Shown: positions 20,673-31,469 of the stretch, piece after piece
Layout: each line of letters opens with the position of its first letter
Position numbering within the stretch: the first letter of the stretch is position 1
Assembly (NCBI GenBank): GCA_963695555.1
Contig: CAVOGR010000007.1
Span: 192,001-256,000, forward strand
Length of the DNA: 64,000 bases
Direction: 5' to 3'
DNA from: an uncultured Gemmatimonadales bacterium
GTDB lineage: Bacteria > Gemmatimonadota > Gemmatimonadetes > Gemmatimonadales > GWC2-71-9
Translations under genes and position numbers: made by a program
The notes under the pieces: model-generated
Databases searched by the model: none
Told to the model about the DNA's origin: nothing
The model's input: only the letters and a program-made list of their open reading frames with translations

Positions 20673-21242
20673 GTGGCACTCGTGACCGAATCGCGGAGGG
20701 GCTTCACCCTGGTCGAAGCGGTGACCGTGATGGTGGTGATGGGCCTCATGCTGGCCATCGGCATCCCCTACCTTCGGGTCAGCCCGTACCAGGAGGTGCG
20801 GAGCGCCGGGCTGCAACTGGCGCGTGACCTCGAGGCGGTCCGCACCCGCGCCCTCGCCACTCGCAGCACCGCCCGGATCGTGTTCGATGCTGCGGGCGGG
20901 AGCTACACCGGGTTCCTCGACGACGACCGGGACGGAGTGCTCACCGAGAGCTCGGTGGAACAGAGCGCGCTGCGCGCCTTTGCCGGCAATCGTGCGCTGG
21001 GAAGCAGCGTCACCTTCGGAAGCGGCGTCGCCGGGCCGGTGCCGACCGACACTGCGACGGGCCCGATCACCTTCATCAATGACCGGGTGGAATTCGACGG
21101 CCGCGGGGTGACCACACCGTTCGGCACGCGTGGGGTGGTCTACTTGGTCAATCAGCGCGAGCCGACCGCGGTCGCGGCCGTTGCCGTATCGGGCGCCGGG
21201 TCGCTCAAGCTCTGGGTCTACCGGGAGGGAGCATGGCAGTGA
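20673..21242 (+). CDS. FimT/GspH-like minor pilin
   Basis: RRGFTLVEAVTVM type IV prepilin cleavage/methylation motif; FDGRG. Confidence 0.85.
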   Translation: MALVTESRRGFTLVEAVTVMVVMGLMLAIGIPYLRVSPYQEVRSAGLQLARDLEAVRTRALATRSTARIVFDAAGGSYTGFLDDDRDGVLTESSVEQSALRAFAGNRALGSSVTFGSGVAGPVPTDTATGPITFINDRVEFDGRGVTTPFGTRGVVYLVNQREPTAVAAVAVSGAGSLKLWVYREGAWQ

Positions 21243-21616
21243 GGAAGGATGCCGGTTTCAGCTTGATCGCGGTACTGGTCGCGATCGTGTTGCTCTCTAT
21301 CGGGCTGCTCGCGATCTCGCGCGCAAGCACCCAAGTCCTGGCCATGCATACGTCCGCGGCCTCGCGCTCGGCAGGGCTCGCGGTGGCCCGAACCCACATG
21401 GAGACCCTCCGGAGCCAAGATCCGGCCACCATCGTCTCGCAGAGCGAGGTGGCCGTGGACGCCGAGGGGCAACTGGATGCCTCCGGTCCGTTTCATCGGA
21501 CCGTCGTGGTCGACAGCGTCTCCCACAACCTGAAGGCCATCCGCGTTCGGGTGACGTGGCCGCGCGCCAGCGCCCCCGTCGAGCTCGTCACGATGGCCTT
21601 CTTCAGCATCGAGTAG
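21233..21616 (+). CDS. PilV-like minor pilin
   Basis: AGFSLIAVLVAIVLLSIGLLA; VRVTW. Confidence 0.8.
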   Translation: MAVRKDAGFSLIAVLVAIVLLSIGLLAISRASTQVLAMHTSAASRSAGLAVARTHMETLRSQDPATIVSQSEVAVDAEGQLDASGPFHRTVVVDSVSHNLKAIRVRVTWPRASAPVELVTMAFFSIE

Positions 21617-21624
21617 TGACCCTC

Positions 21625-22554
21625 ATGCCGTCACCCGTCGCGGGTCGCCGCGGATTTACCCTGGTGGAGATTCTGATCTCCCTGGTCATCGGGTTGATCG
21701 TGATCGGCGCCGCGATGACCTTTGCCGTCAACACGGTGCGCAGCGTCGAAGCCACCGGACTCCGCGAGGGCGTCACGCGCAACTCGCGCTTCATGGCGAT
21801 GTCGCTCGAGCGCGATTTCACTGGAACGGGTGTCGGAATCGAAAGCACCATCGCCTACGGGTCGGTGCGGGTGCGGGGCGACACGCTGCTGGTCCTCGGG
21901 GTGCCGTTCGACAGCGTGATGTCGCCGCCGTATGACCTGATTCCACCGCCAGCCGCCACCAATCCCCTGCCGGCCGGCGGCACCTGTGGCGCCACGTGCC
22001 TCGACCTGATGAAGGCCGCCGACAGCACGTTCGACCTTCAGGTCGGGGACATCGGCCGACTGCAGGTCGGCGGAGAGCGGCGGCTGCTCCGCGTCGAGAG
22101 CATGACGTCGAACGATACAGCAGTCCAGCTCGCCTTCACGCCGCTTCCCGAGATCTTCCTTCACCCGGCGAGCCTCTCGGGTGGCCTCTTGCTCGATCCC
22201 TACAACACCTACGTGCAGAAGCTCGAGCCGGTGGCCTATTGGGTGGAGTCCGGAAACCTCATGCGGGCGACCAGGGTCGAGGGCAGTGGTTCATTCAAGG
22301 GCGAGGTCGTAGCGGACGGAATCCAGTCGTGGGAGGTCAGTCTCATCTTCCAGGACGGGGACGAGCTGGACAACGCCGACCCGACGGACGGCGACCCGAC
22401 CAATGATTACGACGATATCCTGTCGATCAGAATCCGTGCCGTCGTGGCCGCCAATCGGGTGGATCGCCACGTGAATGCGGGTACGCTGTTTACCCGGTCG
22501 TACGATTGGCGCTTCACGCCGCGAAACCTCATGTACGAGCGTAACCGGCGCTAA
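21625..22554 (+). CDS. PilW-like minor pilin
   Basis: RRGFTLVEILISL within ORF 21130..22554; C-terminal PRNL. Confidence 0.82.
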   Translation: MPSPVAGRRGFTLVEILISLVIGLIVIGAAMTFAVNTVRSVEATGLREGVTRNSRFMAMSLERDFTGTGVGIESTIAYGSVRVRGDTLLVLGVPFDSVMSPPYDLIPPPAATNPLPAGGTCGATCLDLMKAADSTFDLQVGDIGRLQVGGERRLLRVESMTSNDTAVQLAFTPLPEIFLHPASLSGGLLLDPYNTYVQKLEPVAYWVESGNLMRATRVEGSGSFKGEVVADGIQSWEVSLIFQDGDELDNADPTDGDPTNDYDDILSIRIRAVVAANRVDRHVNAGTLFTRSYDWRFTPRNLMYERNRR

Positions 22555-22725
22555 GGGGCGCTGAGCGCCGGTTGCAGGGTTGGCTCCGCGACGTCGCCTC
22601 GAGTCCTGGGGCTTCCGAGGAGCGGACGCTCCGATCGAGGCGGTGGCCTCGTGTTGCGTCACGAGCCGAATCGCGGTTCGGCTATTGCGCAACCCGGCCG
22701 GGGCATTACCTTTTAGAGGCTTGAT

Positions 22726-22934
22726 GCACCCAAGGGGTGCGCGCTGAGAACCGGAGATATCTGTTACAGAGGGATCTGGCTCGGAGCTGGATCCCTCGTT
22801 CTGTTTCAAGTGTTAGGCCGATCGTTTCACAAGTGGATCGGCAGCCTGCTACGAGGCCTTATCGTGGCGAATATGTCTCGGTGGTGCGGAATCTCCGAAC
22901 TCCGACGACAGCTTTTATCAAGAGGAGTACGAGT
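22726..22934 (+). promoter_or_regulatory. Structured 5' leader of cold-shock gene 1
   Basis: Series of hairpins conserved with the leader of the second csp gene. Confidence 0.6.
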
Positions 22935-23144
22935 ATGCGTACCACCGGAACCGTCAAGTGGTTCAACGACGCCAAGGGATTTGGCTTCATCACCCCCGAG
23001 AATGGCGAGAAGGACTGCTTCGTGCACCACTCGGCGATTCAGGCAGAGGGCTTCAAGTCTCTGTCCGAGGGCGACAAGGTCGAGTTCGACGTGACCCAGG
23101 GCCAAAAGGGCCCGGCCGCGGAAAACGTCGTCAAGATCAGCTAA
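22935..23144 (+). CDS. csp: Cold-shock protein (CspA family)
   Basis: [41 protein letters not shown]. Confidence 0.97.
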   Translation: MRTTGTVKWFNDAKGFGFITPENGEKDCFVHHSAIQAEGFKSLSEGDKVEFDVTQGQKGPAAENVVKIS

Positions 23145-23182
23145 CGACTGATTGAGCGTCCCCGAACAGGGGAAGCAAAGGG

Positions 23183-23213
23183 AAGGCCGTCCCGAAGTTC
23201 GGGGCGGCCTTTT
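23183..23213 (+). terminator. Rho-independent terminator after csp1
   Basis: AAGGCCGTCCCG-loop-CGGGGCGGCCTT followed by T residues. Confidence 0.75.
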
Positions 23214-23307
23214 CCGCGTCCGGATCTGCCGGTGGTTCACACCGACCTGAACCCCGGGCCGAGGTATTGCGAAAACAGGCCAGGTCATTAGCTTAGTGCA
23301 GCTTACC

Positions 23308-23516
23308 GCGCACCCGGGTACTGTGCGCCTGAGGACCGAGATACCGCACGAGGGATCTGGCTCAGCGCTGGATCCCTCGTCGCGTAGAGACGTTCCGCCG
23401 ACCGCGCACTAACGCCGGCTGGCAGCCTGCCGCGGGGCGTGTCCGCGGCAATGTCGACGGATGGTACGGCAACGCCGGACTCCGAAGACACAGATTCCAC
23501 CAAGAGGAGTACGGCA
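23308..23516 (+). promoter_or_regulatory. Structured 5' leader of cold-shock gene 2
   Basis: Same hairpin architecture and same distance (209 nt) to ATG as leader 1. Confidence 0.6.
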
Positions 23517-23726
23517 ATGCGCACCACCGGAACCGTCAAGTGGTTCAACGATGCCAAGGGCTTCGGCTTCATCACCCCCGAGAACGGAGGCAAGGACTGC
23601 TTCGTGCATCACTCGGCGATTCAGGCCGAAGGCTTCAAGTCGCTGTCCGAAGGCGATAAGGTCGAATTCGACGTCGTCCAAGGGCAGAAGGGCCCGGCGG
23701 CGGAGAACGTGGTCAAGGTCAGCTAA
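23517..23726 (+). CDS. csp: Cold-shock protein (CspA family), tandem paralog
   Basis: Nearly identical protein to 22935..23144. Confidence 0.97.
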   Translation: MRTTGTVKWFNDAKGFGFITPENGGKDCFVHHSAIQAEGFKSLSEGDKVEFDVVQGQKGPAAENVVKVS

Positions 23727-23766
23727 CCGCTGACCGCGATCCCCTCTCACGAGGGGCAACACACCA

Positions 23767-23802
23767 GGAGCCGCCCTGCACCAGCAGGGCGGCTCCGTGT
23801 TT
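23767..23802 (+). terminator. Rho-independent terminator after csp2
   Basis: GGAGCCGCCCTGC-ACCA-GCAGGGCGGCTCC then GTGTTT. Confidence 0.75.
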
Positions 23803-23938
23803 ACGGCTGAGAGCACGACAAAATCGAAGCTCCCGCGAAGGAAGAGGCCCGCCTTGCGAAGGGCCGCGCCATGGGGTATATCGAAATCTGGCCCGCACCG
23901 ATGGTACGGGCACGGCTCCTTCTTACCACGGAGGCTGG

Positions 23939-24139
23939 ATGGGCAAGGGACACGAAGACCTGCACACGCTGCACGAGGCGCTGGCCACATTCGAGGAGGC
24001 CATTCGGCAGCGCGAGCGCCGAAGCCCCCTCTCGAGCAAGGTGTCGGCAAAACAGACCGCCGACGAAGCTCGCCAGAATGTCGTTGAGGTAGTCGTCAAG
24101 ATGGTCACGGCCGCGCGGATGGGCCGCGAATCCTCCTGA
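23939..24139 (+). CDS. Small hypothetical protein (66 aa)
   Basis: GGAGG RBS; helical product. Confidence 0.6.
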   Translation: MGKGHEDLHTLHEALATFEEAIRQRERRSPLSSKVSAKQTADEARQNVVEVVVKMVTAARMGRESS

Positions 24140-24167
24140 ACCACCTCACCCCTTGACCCTGTAGCGT

Positions 24168-24204
24168 AAACAAGGCCCCGGGCACCGATCGGCGCCCGGG
24201 GCCT
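24168..24204 (-). terminator. Terminator downstream of the aldehyde dehydrogenase
   Basis: On - strand AGGCCCCGGGCGCC-GATC-GGTGCCCGGGGCCT then TGTTT. Confidence 0.7.
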
Positions 24205-24224
24205 CCATCGCCTTCACTCCGTAG

Positions 24225-25811
24225 CTACCCGCCGAACTTGATGCCCTGCGCCAGCGGCAGCTCGGTGCTCCAGTTGACGGTGTTGGTCTGGCGGCGCATG
24301 TAGACCTTCCACGCATCGGAGCCCGACTCGCGGCCGCCGCCGGTTTCCTTCTCGCCGCCGAAGGCGCCGCCGATCTCGGCGCCGCTGGTGCCGATGTTCA
24401 CGTTGGCGATGCCGCAGTCGCTGCCGCGGTGCGACAGGAAGTACTCCGCCTCGCGCACGTGCTCGGTGAAGATCGCCGACGACAGCCCCTGCGGCACGCC
24501 GTTGTGGAGTCGCCATGGCCTCCTCGATCTCGGCCACCGCCTGCTGCGGCGAGGCGTCGCTTGCTGCCGTAGCCGATGATGTAGAGGATCGGCGCGAACG
24601 TCTCCTCCTGCACGATCTCGAACTCGTTCTTCGCCGCCGCGATGCACGGCTTCACGTAGTGGCCGCCCGGGTAGTCCGGGCCGTCGAGCGCTTCGCCGCC
24701 GTACAGGATCTCGCCGCCCTCCTGCCTGCACCCGCTCGATCGCATTCTGCAGATCCTCGACGGCCGCCGTGGTGACCAGCGGTCCCATCAGCGTCGTCCG
24801 GCTTCCGCGGGTCGCCGATCGCGGATGCCCTCGTAGGCCCGCGCGAGCCGCGCCGACGAGCTCGTCTCGTGATCGACTCGTGCACGATGATCCGCCGCGT
24901 GACGGTGCAGCGCTGGCCGGCCGTGCCCACCGCGCCGAACAGGATCGCCGGCAGCGCCAGGTCCAGGTTGGCGTGCGGCGTGACGATGATCGCGTTGTTG
25001 CCGCCGAGCTCGAGGATGGTGCGGCCGAGGCGCTTCCCACGACCTCGCCGACGCGGTACCCGACCTGGCAGCTGCCGGTGGCCGAGACCAGCGGGACGCG
25101 CCGGTCGTGCAGCATCCGGTCGCCGACGGTCGAGCCCTTGCCGATCGATGAGCGAGAAGATGGCCGGGTCGACGTCGTTCTCCTCGGCACACCTGCTGCC
25201 GCGATCTTGGTGCACGCGATCGCGGTGAGCGGCGTCTTGCTGGCCGGCTTCCAGAGCACGCTGTCGCCGCAGACCGCGGCGATGGCCGTGTTCCAGCTCC
25301 AGACGGCGACCGGAAAGTTGAACGCGCTGATCACGCCGACCACGCCGAGCGGATGCCACTGCTCGAACATGCGGTGGTCCGGCCGCTCCGACTGCATGGT
25401 GAGCCCGTAGAGCTGGCGCGAGAGGCCGATGGCGAAGTCGCAGATGTCGATCATCTCCTGCACTTCGCCCTCGCCCTCGGCCAGGATCTTGCCCATCTCG
25501 AGCGTGACGAGCTGACCCAGCTCGTGCTTCACCTCGCGCAGCCGGTTGCCGAGCTGCCGGACGAGCTCGCCGCGGCTCGGGGCCGGCACGCGGCGCCAGG
25601 CGAGGAAGGCCTCGTGGGCGCGGTCCACGATCCGGTCGTACTCCTCTTCGGTGACCTGCTGCACGGTCGCGATCCGCGAGCCGTCGATGGGGGTGATGAC
25701 CTCGAGCTCGGGACCGGAGCCGATCCACTCGCCGTCGAAGCCGCCCGCGTTGGTCTCCGTAATTCGCAGGCTCGCCAGGAAATCGCTCAGGACTGGGGCC
25801 GTCGTTGCCAT
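24225..25811 (-). CDS. Aldehyde dehydrogenase, ALDH7/piperideine-6-carboxylate dehydrogenase-like (frameshifted in this sequence)
   Basis: [67 protein letters not shown] spread over three frames. Confidence 0.88.
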   Translation of the reverse strand: MATTAPVLSDFLASLRITETNAGGFDGEWIGSGPELEVITPIDGSRIATVQQVTEEEYDRIVDRAHEAFLAWRRVPAPSRGELVRQLGNRLREVKHELGQLVTLEMGKILAEGEGEVQEMIDICDFAIGLSRQLYGLTMQSERPDHRMFEQWHPLGVVGVISAFNFPVAVWSWNTAIAAVCGDSVLWKPASKTPLTAIACTKIAAAGVPRRTTSTRPSSRSSIGKGSTVGDRMLHDRRVPLVSATGSCQVGYRVGEVVGSASAAPSSSSAATTRSSSRRTPTWTWRCRRSCSARWARPASAAPSRGGSSCTSRSRDELVGAARAGLRGHPRSATRGSRTTLMGPLVTTAAVEDLQNAIERVQAGGRRDPVRRRSARRPGLPGRPLREAVHRGGEERVRDRAGGDVRADPLHHRLRQQATPRRSRRWPRSRRPWRLHNGVPQGLSSAIFTEHVREAEYFLSHRGSDCGIANVNIGTSGAEIGGAFGGEKETGGGRESGSDAWKVYMRRQTNTVNWSTELPLAQGIKFGG

Positions 25812-26047
25812 GGTTCTACCCACCGTATGTCTCGCTGGAAAGAAAGTGCTGTGTGGAGTTCTAGTACTGACGTCGGATTCTAGCATGGTCCGGCGGGCGA
25901 GGCCACTCCGCACTCAATGGGCGCTAATAGCGAACAACCCATGAAATCTGGAGATCCACGACCCGTGCCGTTACGTCGAAGTACCCGCCATCCTGGCGGC
26001 GTCGAGCCGGCTACCGTAGTTTGCCGCAGACTCCGGAGGCAATCACC

Positions 26048-27985
26048 ATGCACATGCTTGCTCGTCGACCACGTTTCCGATACCCTGCCCTCACCGCCCT
26101 GGCACTGGGACTGATCACGTGGCCCATGGCCGGCGCCGCGGCACAAGGCACCACCCGATGGTCGGGCCCGTCCCCGTTCCGGCCCCTCGACCTCCCGGCC
26201 GCCACCACCATCCGCACCGGCGCGGGACGCCCGGGCCCGGATTACTGGCAGCAACAGGTCGACTACAATCTCCAGGCGGCGGTCGACACCGCCACCCGGC
26301 TCCTCACGGGCTCGGGAACCATGACGTACCGGAACAACTCCCCCGAAAGCCTGTCTTTCCTCTGGCTCAAACTCGACGCCAACCGCTGCGGCGACGAGAG
26401 CGAGGCCGCAGTGCTCAACGTGCCACCGCTCCTCTTCGGCGACGCGGTGTTCGACTTCTCGTGCCGCGGCGGCAGCGGCATGACGCTCGAGCGGGTGACT
26501 TCTTCGCGGCGGGCCCTGCCTTACCAGGTGTCCGGGACGGTAGCCCGCGTGGAGTTACCCCATCCGATCCAGCCTGGCGGAACGATCGATATCGAGCTCG
26601 CCTGGCGGTGGACCCTGCCGGATTACGGCTACGGCCGCATGGGGCGTGACGGGACCCTCTATCAGATCGCGCAGTGGTATCCACGGGCTGCGGTGTATGA
26701 CGATGTGAGCGGCTGGAACATCGCGCCGTTCCTGGGCGCCGGTGAGTTCTACCAGGAATACGGCAACTTCAAGGCGGCGGTGAGCGTACCGGCCGGCTAC
26801 GTCGTCACGGCCACGGGTACCATCGACAACCCGGAGACGGTCCTGACAAGCGACCAGCGCGAGCGGCTCGCGCGAGCGCGGGCGTCGGAAACGGCCGTTG
26901 CGATCGTCACACGAGCGGAGGCGCTTCGCGCGCGACGGACAGCCGTCGCGGGGACCAAGACCTGGCACTTCTCTGCCCAGAACGTGCGGGACTTTGCCTT
27001 TGCCATGGCGCCCGATTTCCGCTGGGACGCGAGCAGCTGGGACGGTACACTGATCCAGACCTTCTATCGGCCTGAGGCGACGCTCTGGGAGGAAGCCAAC
27101 CGAATGTCGTGGGTCACGATCAAGCACTTCTCCGAGCGGCTGGCCCGCTATCCCTACCCGCACGCGACGACGGTGGAGGGCCCGAACGAGGGCATGGAAT
27201 ACCCCATGCTGACGTTCGTGCCGCGCGGCGCCTCGCGCGAAGAGCTTTACTGGGTGCTGACCCACGAATTCGGCCACGAGTGGTACCCGATGTTGGTCAA
27301 CTCCAACGAGCGGCTCCATCCGTGGATGGATGAGGGGTTCAATACCTTCATCGACATCGGATCGGTCGAAGAGTACTTCGCGGGGCAGGCCTACGCCGAC
27401 ACTATCGATCTGCAACCGCTGCATCTCTTTCCATTGCATGCGATCGAAGGACAGGAGCAGCCCATGGCGCTGCCGCCCGACGAGCAGCACGATCTCTACT
27501 GGGCCGCGTACTTCAAGCCGGCGCTCATGCTGCACCTCCTGCGAACGGAGGTCCTGGGCGCCGAGCGATTCGACCGCGCGTTTTCGGAGTACACCAAGGC
27601 GTGGAGCTTCAAGCACCCAACGCCGGCCGATTTCTTCCGGTTCATGGAGAATGCCTCAGGCAAGCAGATCGACTGGTTCTGGCGGGAGTGGATCTACTCG
27701 ACCGCCCGGCTCGACCAGGCCATCGATCGGGTGACCCCGGGAGCCGACGGCGTCGCAACGACGGTCTATCTGCACAGCCGTGGCGACATGCTGATGCCCG
27801 CCGAGCTGGCGCTGACCTTCATCGACGGCAGCAAAGAGACCGTCCGCCTTCCGGTCGAGATGTGGAAGCTCGGCCCGGAGTTCGCCTATCGCGTGCGCGG
27901 CGGCCGGCACCTCGCCCGCGCCGAGCTGGACCCGCGGGGCGTGTATCCGGACGTGGATCGCGGCAACAACGTGTGGCAACGGTAG
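26048..27985 (+). CDS. M1 family metallopeptidase, secreted
   Basis: DYWQQ, QWYPR, GMEYPM, HEFGHEW...WMDEG; signal peptide. Confidence 0.92.
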   Translation: MHMLARRPRFRYPALTALALGLITWPMAGAAAQGTTRWSGPSPFRPLDLPAATTIRTGAGRPGPDYWQQQVDYNLQAAVDTATRLLTGSGTMTYRNNSPESLSFLWLKLDANRCGDESEAAVLNVPPLLFGDAVFDFSCRGGSGMTLERVTSSRRALPYQVSGTVARVELPHPIQPGGTIDIELAWRWTLPDYGYGRMGRDGTLYQIAQWYPRAAVYDDVSGWNIAPFLGAGEFYQEYGNFKAAVSVPAGYVVTATGTIDNPETVLTSDQRERLARARASETAVAIVTRAEALRARRTAVAGTKTWHFSAQNVRDFAFAMAPDFRWDASSWDGTLIQTFYRPEATLWEEANRMSWVTIKHFSERLARYPYPHATTVEGPNEGMEYPMLTFVPRGASREELYWVLTHEFGHEWYPMLVNSNERLHPWMDEGFNTFIDIGSVEEYFAGQAYADTIDLQPLHLFPLHAIEGQEQPMALPPDEQHDLYWAAYFKPALMLHLLRTEVLGAERFDRAFSEYTKAWSFKHPTPADFFRFMENASGKQIDWFWREWIYSTARLDQAIDRVTPGADGVATTVYLHSRGDMLMPAELALTFIDGSKETVRLPVEMWKLGPEFAYRVRGGRHLARAELDPRGVYPDVDRGNNVWQR

Positions 27986-28024
27986 CGGCGACATCGACTA
28001 GACAACCAGACAGGGAGAGGCGTG

Positions 28025-29185
28025 ATGGGGCAGAGCGGAAACAAGACGTTCGACATGGCCGCCGTGCAACGAGGCGCCCGGCTCCGGCGCTCGCCATTCT
28101 TCGAGGCGACGCTGGCGGCAGGGTGCCGGGGCTACACGGTCTACAACCACATGTTCCTCCCGATCGCCTATGCCGACCTGGAAGAGGAGTATTGGCGGCT
28201 GCTCAACGACGTGACCGTGTGGGATGTGTCGGTCGAGCGCCAGGTCGAGATCACCGGTCCGGACGCTTTTCGGCTGACCAACCTCCTGACCCCGCGCGAC
28301 CTGACCAAGTGCCAGGTCGGGCAGGGCAAATACGTCGTGATCACGGCGGAAGACGGGTGCATCATCAACGACCCGGTACTACTGCGCCTGGGCGAGAGCC
28401 ATTTCTGGCTGGCCCTCGCCGATAGCGACGTGCTCCTCTGGGCGCGCGGCGTGGCCTACAACTCGGGAATGGATGTCGAGATCACCGAGCCGGACGTCTC
28501 ACCGCTCCAGATTCAAGGGCCCAAGTCGAAGCCGGTAGTGCAGGCGCTGTTCGGGAACCGGGTGCTCGAGCTGCCGTACTACTACTTCATCGAGACCGAG
28601 TTGGACGGGATCCCGGTGGTGGTGACCCGCACGGGATGGAGCGGAGAGGTCGGGTACGAGATCTACCTGCGCGACGGAAGCCGCGGGACCGAGCTGTGGG
28701 ACCGGGTCATGGCGGCCGGCAAGCCGCACAACATAGCCCCGACCGGACCGTCGGACATCCGACGGATCGAGGCCGGCATCCTGAACCACGGCGTCGATAT
28801 CACGCTGGACGACACGCCCTACCATGTGGGACTCGAGTGGTTGGTGAACTTGGGCCAGAAAGCCGACTTCATCGGGAAGGACGCGCTTCGCCGATTGGAA
28901 GCGAAAGGGGTGAGCCGGAAACTGGCTGGAGTCGAGATCGCCGGCGACCCGCTGGACCTCAACATCACCCGCTGGCCGGTCCATGCCCGAGGCACGCAGG
29001 TGGGATCGGTCACGTCGGCGGTCTACTCGCCCCGCCTGGAGCGGAACATCGGCTACGTTATGGTGCCGACCAAGTACGCAAAGCTCGGCACCGAGCTCAC
29101 CGTCCATACGCCGGCGGGCGAACGGGAGGCCACCGTGGTCGTCAAGCCGTTTGTCGATCCGAAGAAGGACGTGCCAAAGTCCTAA
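28025..29185 (+). CDS. GcvT-family aminomethyltransferase (DmdA-like)
   Basis: YTVYNHM, WDVSVERQVEITGPDA, RTGWSGEVGYEIY, RRIEAG. Confidence 0.85.
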   Translation: MGQSGNKTFDMAAVQRGARLRRSPFFEATLAAGCRGYTVYNHMFLPIAYADLEEEYWRLLNDVTVWDVSVERQVEITGPDAFRLTNLLTPRDLTKCQVGQGKYVVITAEDGCIINDPVLLRLGESHFWLALADSDVLLWARGVAYNSGMDVEITEPDVSPLQIQGPKSKPVVQALFGNRVLELPYYYFIETELDGIPVVVTRTGWSGEVGYEIYLRDGSRGTELWDRVMAAGKPHNIAPTGPSDIRRIEAGILNHGVDITLDDTPYHVGLEWLVNLGQKADFIGKDALRRLEAKGVSRKLAGVEIAGDPLDLNITRWPVHARGTQVGSVTSAVYSPRLERNIGYVMVPTKYAKLGTELTVHTPAGEREATVVVKPFVDPKKDVPKS

Positions 29186-29226
29186 GCGGTTCGATCATGG
29201 TGTATCTGCCCGCATCGGTGGCGTGG

Positions 29227-31281
29227 TTACTTCCACGCCACCGCACCCACCTCCACGAGGTCTTCCAGGTAGCGTCCCACGAGTAACGTGGACACAGGGC
29301 CGTACTCGGCACTCAGCGCGTTTCGAATGTCGGTGACGGTCCGTGCCCCATCGATGAAGTTGACCAGCTCGAAGCGCTGATTTCCGTTCAGGGTGAATAC
29401 GGGTGAGGCGTACCAGGCTGCGCGATCCGGATCCAATCCGCTTTCGGGAAGGCCGAAGTCCAACGGTCCACGGGTCAGCCGGATCGGGACCCGTGAATCG
29501 GTGGCGGTCGTCGGTCGACCGGCGGGCAGACCCGCGGTCCGCGCCTCATCGCCGAGCGCCGTTCGTAGGGCGGCGGCAACCTGATCGAGCCTATTCCCTG
29601 CGGCGCGGACCGCACGCCGGGCTTCCTCGCCTTCATTGAAGAGTCCAACCGACGCGACTGCCGCCTGTTCCCACGCCGCCGTGTGGGTCAGCGCGTTCCG
29701 GCCTTCGAACCAGGCCGATGCGCGATTCTCACCCGACGCCGCCAGCATCGCCGACCGGATCTCGCGCGCCGCAGCACCCAGCCGCGCCATGCCGTTCTGC
29801 CCGACCAGGTAGGCCAGATCGGCCGCCTCGGTCGGACTCAGGTCTGACAGATAGACGGCTGTTGCCGCGGCGATGATCTCGCTCCGCTCGAGTTCCACCG
29901 GATCCACTTTGTCCGGCGTGTCCTCCGAAGTGTGGTGGGTGTAGTCGGGGCCGTGGCCCAGCATGATGCCCGGCACCTTCCGGTCGATGAACATCATGTG
30001 GTCGCTGCCGCCGGAATACGGCGTGACCCGGTAGTTCATGGCGGACAGGCTGCCACGCGGGGTGCGCACATCCATCCGCGATACCATCTCCGCCATGTTG
30101 GCCACCACGTCGTTCAGCGCCGATGGGATCGAGGCCGGTGTCATGGTCAATCCCATTTTGGAGTGAATGATCTCGAGGTTCTCCCCCACCATGTCGAGGT
30201 TCAAGTTGGCCAGCACCCGCCCACCGAGTGTGGGGCCTCGGAGTTCGGGGTGGCGGTCGATGTAGGCCATGGTGCCGTACCACTCGGGCACCCAGAGGAA
30301 CCGGAGGGTGCGCTTGGGCCGCGGCAGCCGACCGGACTCGATCAGCTGATGCAGTGTCGCTGCGATGTCGACCAGCGCGGCCGAGCCCGACGCGTTGTCG
30401 TTCGCCGACTCCTTGGGGTGATCGAGGTGGGCGCTGAAGACGATCTCTTCGTCGGGACGCTCCGAGCCCCGGATGACGGCCACCGGCACGTCCATGAAGT
30501 AGGGCTCGAGCCCGATGCCGGTGACCCGCCCATGGAGCACCACCTTGGTGCCGCGTTCGAGCAGAGATCGAAGCCCCGCGCCCTGCCGGTTGGTCAGGTT
30601 GAACCCGAAGGTGACCCGTCCCAGCTCCTCGGTCAGGGGCCACATACCGGTATACGCGAGCATGTCGGGGTATTCCCGGGCCCGGTCGTCCTCGAGATAG
30701 CACACAACCGCGGCTGCGCCGTACTTGAGCACGGCGAGCCGGTGCACCGACCCGCCGTAGCCGGTCGCCAGGACGAACTTGCCCGCAACATCCTTTCCTT
30801 CATAGTCCGCGTCGCTGGTCCCACTTCCCACCCAAACCAACTCGGCTGTGACGTCGCCGGGATTGGAGTAGGTGATGACGCTCATCGCGATCTCGGGATA
30901 CCCGACGATCCGCTCCTCCCGGGGCTCGACCATGCGAAGCTCGCCGGACGTGATGTCCCAGCCCGAGGGCGACTGCCAGGTCTGGTAGTCGATCCGGCCG
31001 TCCGACGGGAACGACTCGGTCAAGGCGTCGGATTCGGCAAACCCCGCCGCCCGAAGCGCCGCCTCGACGTACTCGGCCGCGTGGCGGTAGCCGCGCGATC
31101 CCTGGATCCGGTGGTGGCGGCTGATCTGGATCACGTGATCCTTGGCGCGCTCACCGGACAGGGTCTCGTGCAGCAGGTCGCGGCGATTGGAGTCGAGCAA
31201 CGGGGCAAAGTCTTGGGCCGGGAGTGGCGGCGGGAAGGCGGTCAGTAGAAAGGCGGTCAGGATGGCAATCGACGTTTTCAT
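29227..31281 (-). CDS. M28 family peptidase (PA/DUF4910-like)
   Basis: SAHLDH, ANDNASG, PEWYG, NLDMVG, GGSDH, HHTSED; signal peptide. Confidence 0.85.
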   Translation of the reverse strand: MKTSIAILTAFLLTAFPPPLPAQDFAPLLDSNRRDLLHETLSGERAKDHVIQISRHHRIQGSRGYRHAAEYVEAALRAAGFAESDALTESFPSDGRIDYQTWQSPSGWDITSGELRMVEPREERIVGYPEIAMSVITYSNPGDVTAELVWVGSGTSDADYEGKDVAGKFVLATGYGGSVHRLAVLKYGAAAVVCYLEDDRAREYPDMLAYTGMWPLTEELGRVTFGFNLTNRQGAGLRSLLERGTKVVLHGRVTGIGLEPYFMDVPVAVIRGSERPDEEIVFSAHLDHPKESANDNASGSAALVDIAATLHQLIESGRLPRPKRTLRFLWVPEWYGTMAYIDRHPELRGPTLGGRVLANLNLDMVGENLEIIHSKMGLTMTPASIPSALNDVVANMAEMVSRMDVRTPRGSLSAMNYRVTPYSGGSDHMMFIDRKVPGIMLGHGPDYTHHTSEDTPDKVDPVELERSEIIAAATAVYLSDLSPTEAADLAYLVGQNGMARLGAAAREIRSAMLAASGENRASAWFEGRNALTHTAAWEQAAVASVGLFNEGEEARRAVRAAGNRLDQVAAALRTALGDEARTAGLPAGRPTTATDSRVPIRLTRGPLDFGLPESGLDPDRAAWYASPVFTLNGNQRFELVNFIDGARTVTDIRNALSAEYGPVSTLLVGRYLEDLVEVGAVAWK

Positions 31282-31469
31282 GACGGCTAAACTCCCTCAG
31301 TGGAACTGCCCCTTGGGCACACTCTCGATCGTCAACAACGATGGTTCGACGGAATCTCGCAAAACGATGTCATCCCCTGAGCATACCGCTCGACCGCCAA
31401 ACCCGCCATCTTCGTAGCGTTCGGCAAACGACATGTGCCGCCATCCATGACCAGCAACACCGAGCGATC

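Noticed and set aside
24500..25200. Multiple frameshifts in the aldehyde dehydrogenase as pseudogenisation or programmed frameshifting
   Set aside because: Dense single-base indels with intact motifs in alternating frames look like long-read consensus errors; cannot be proven without reads.
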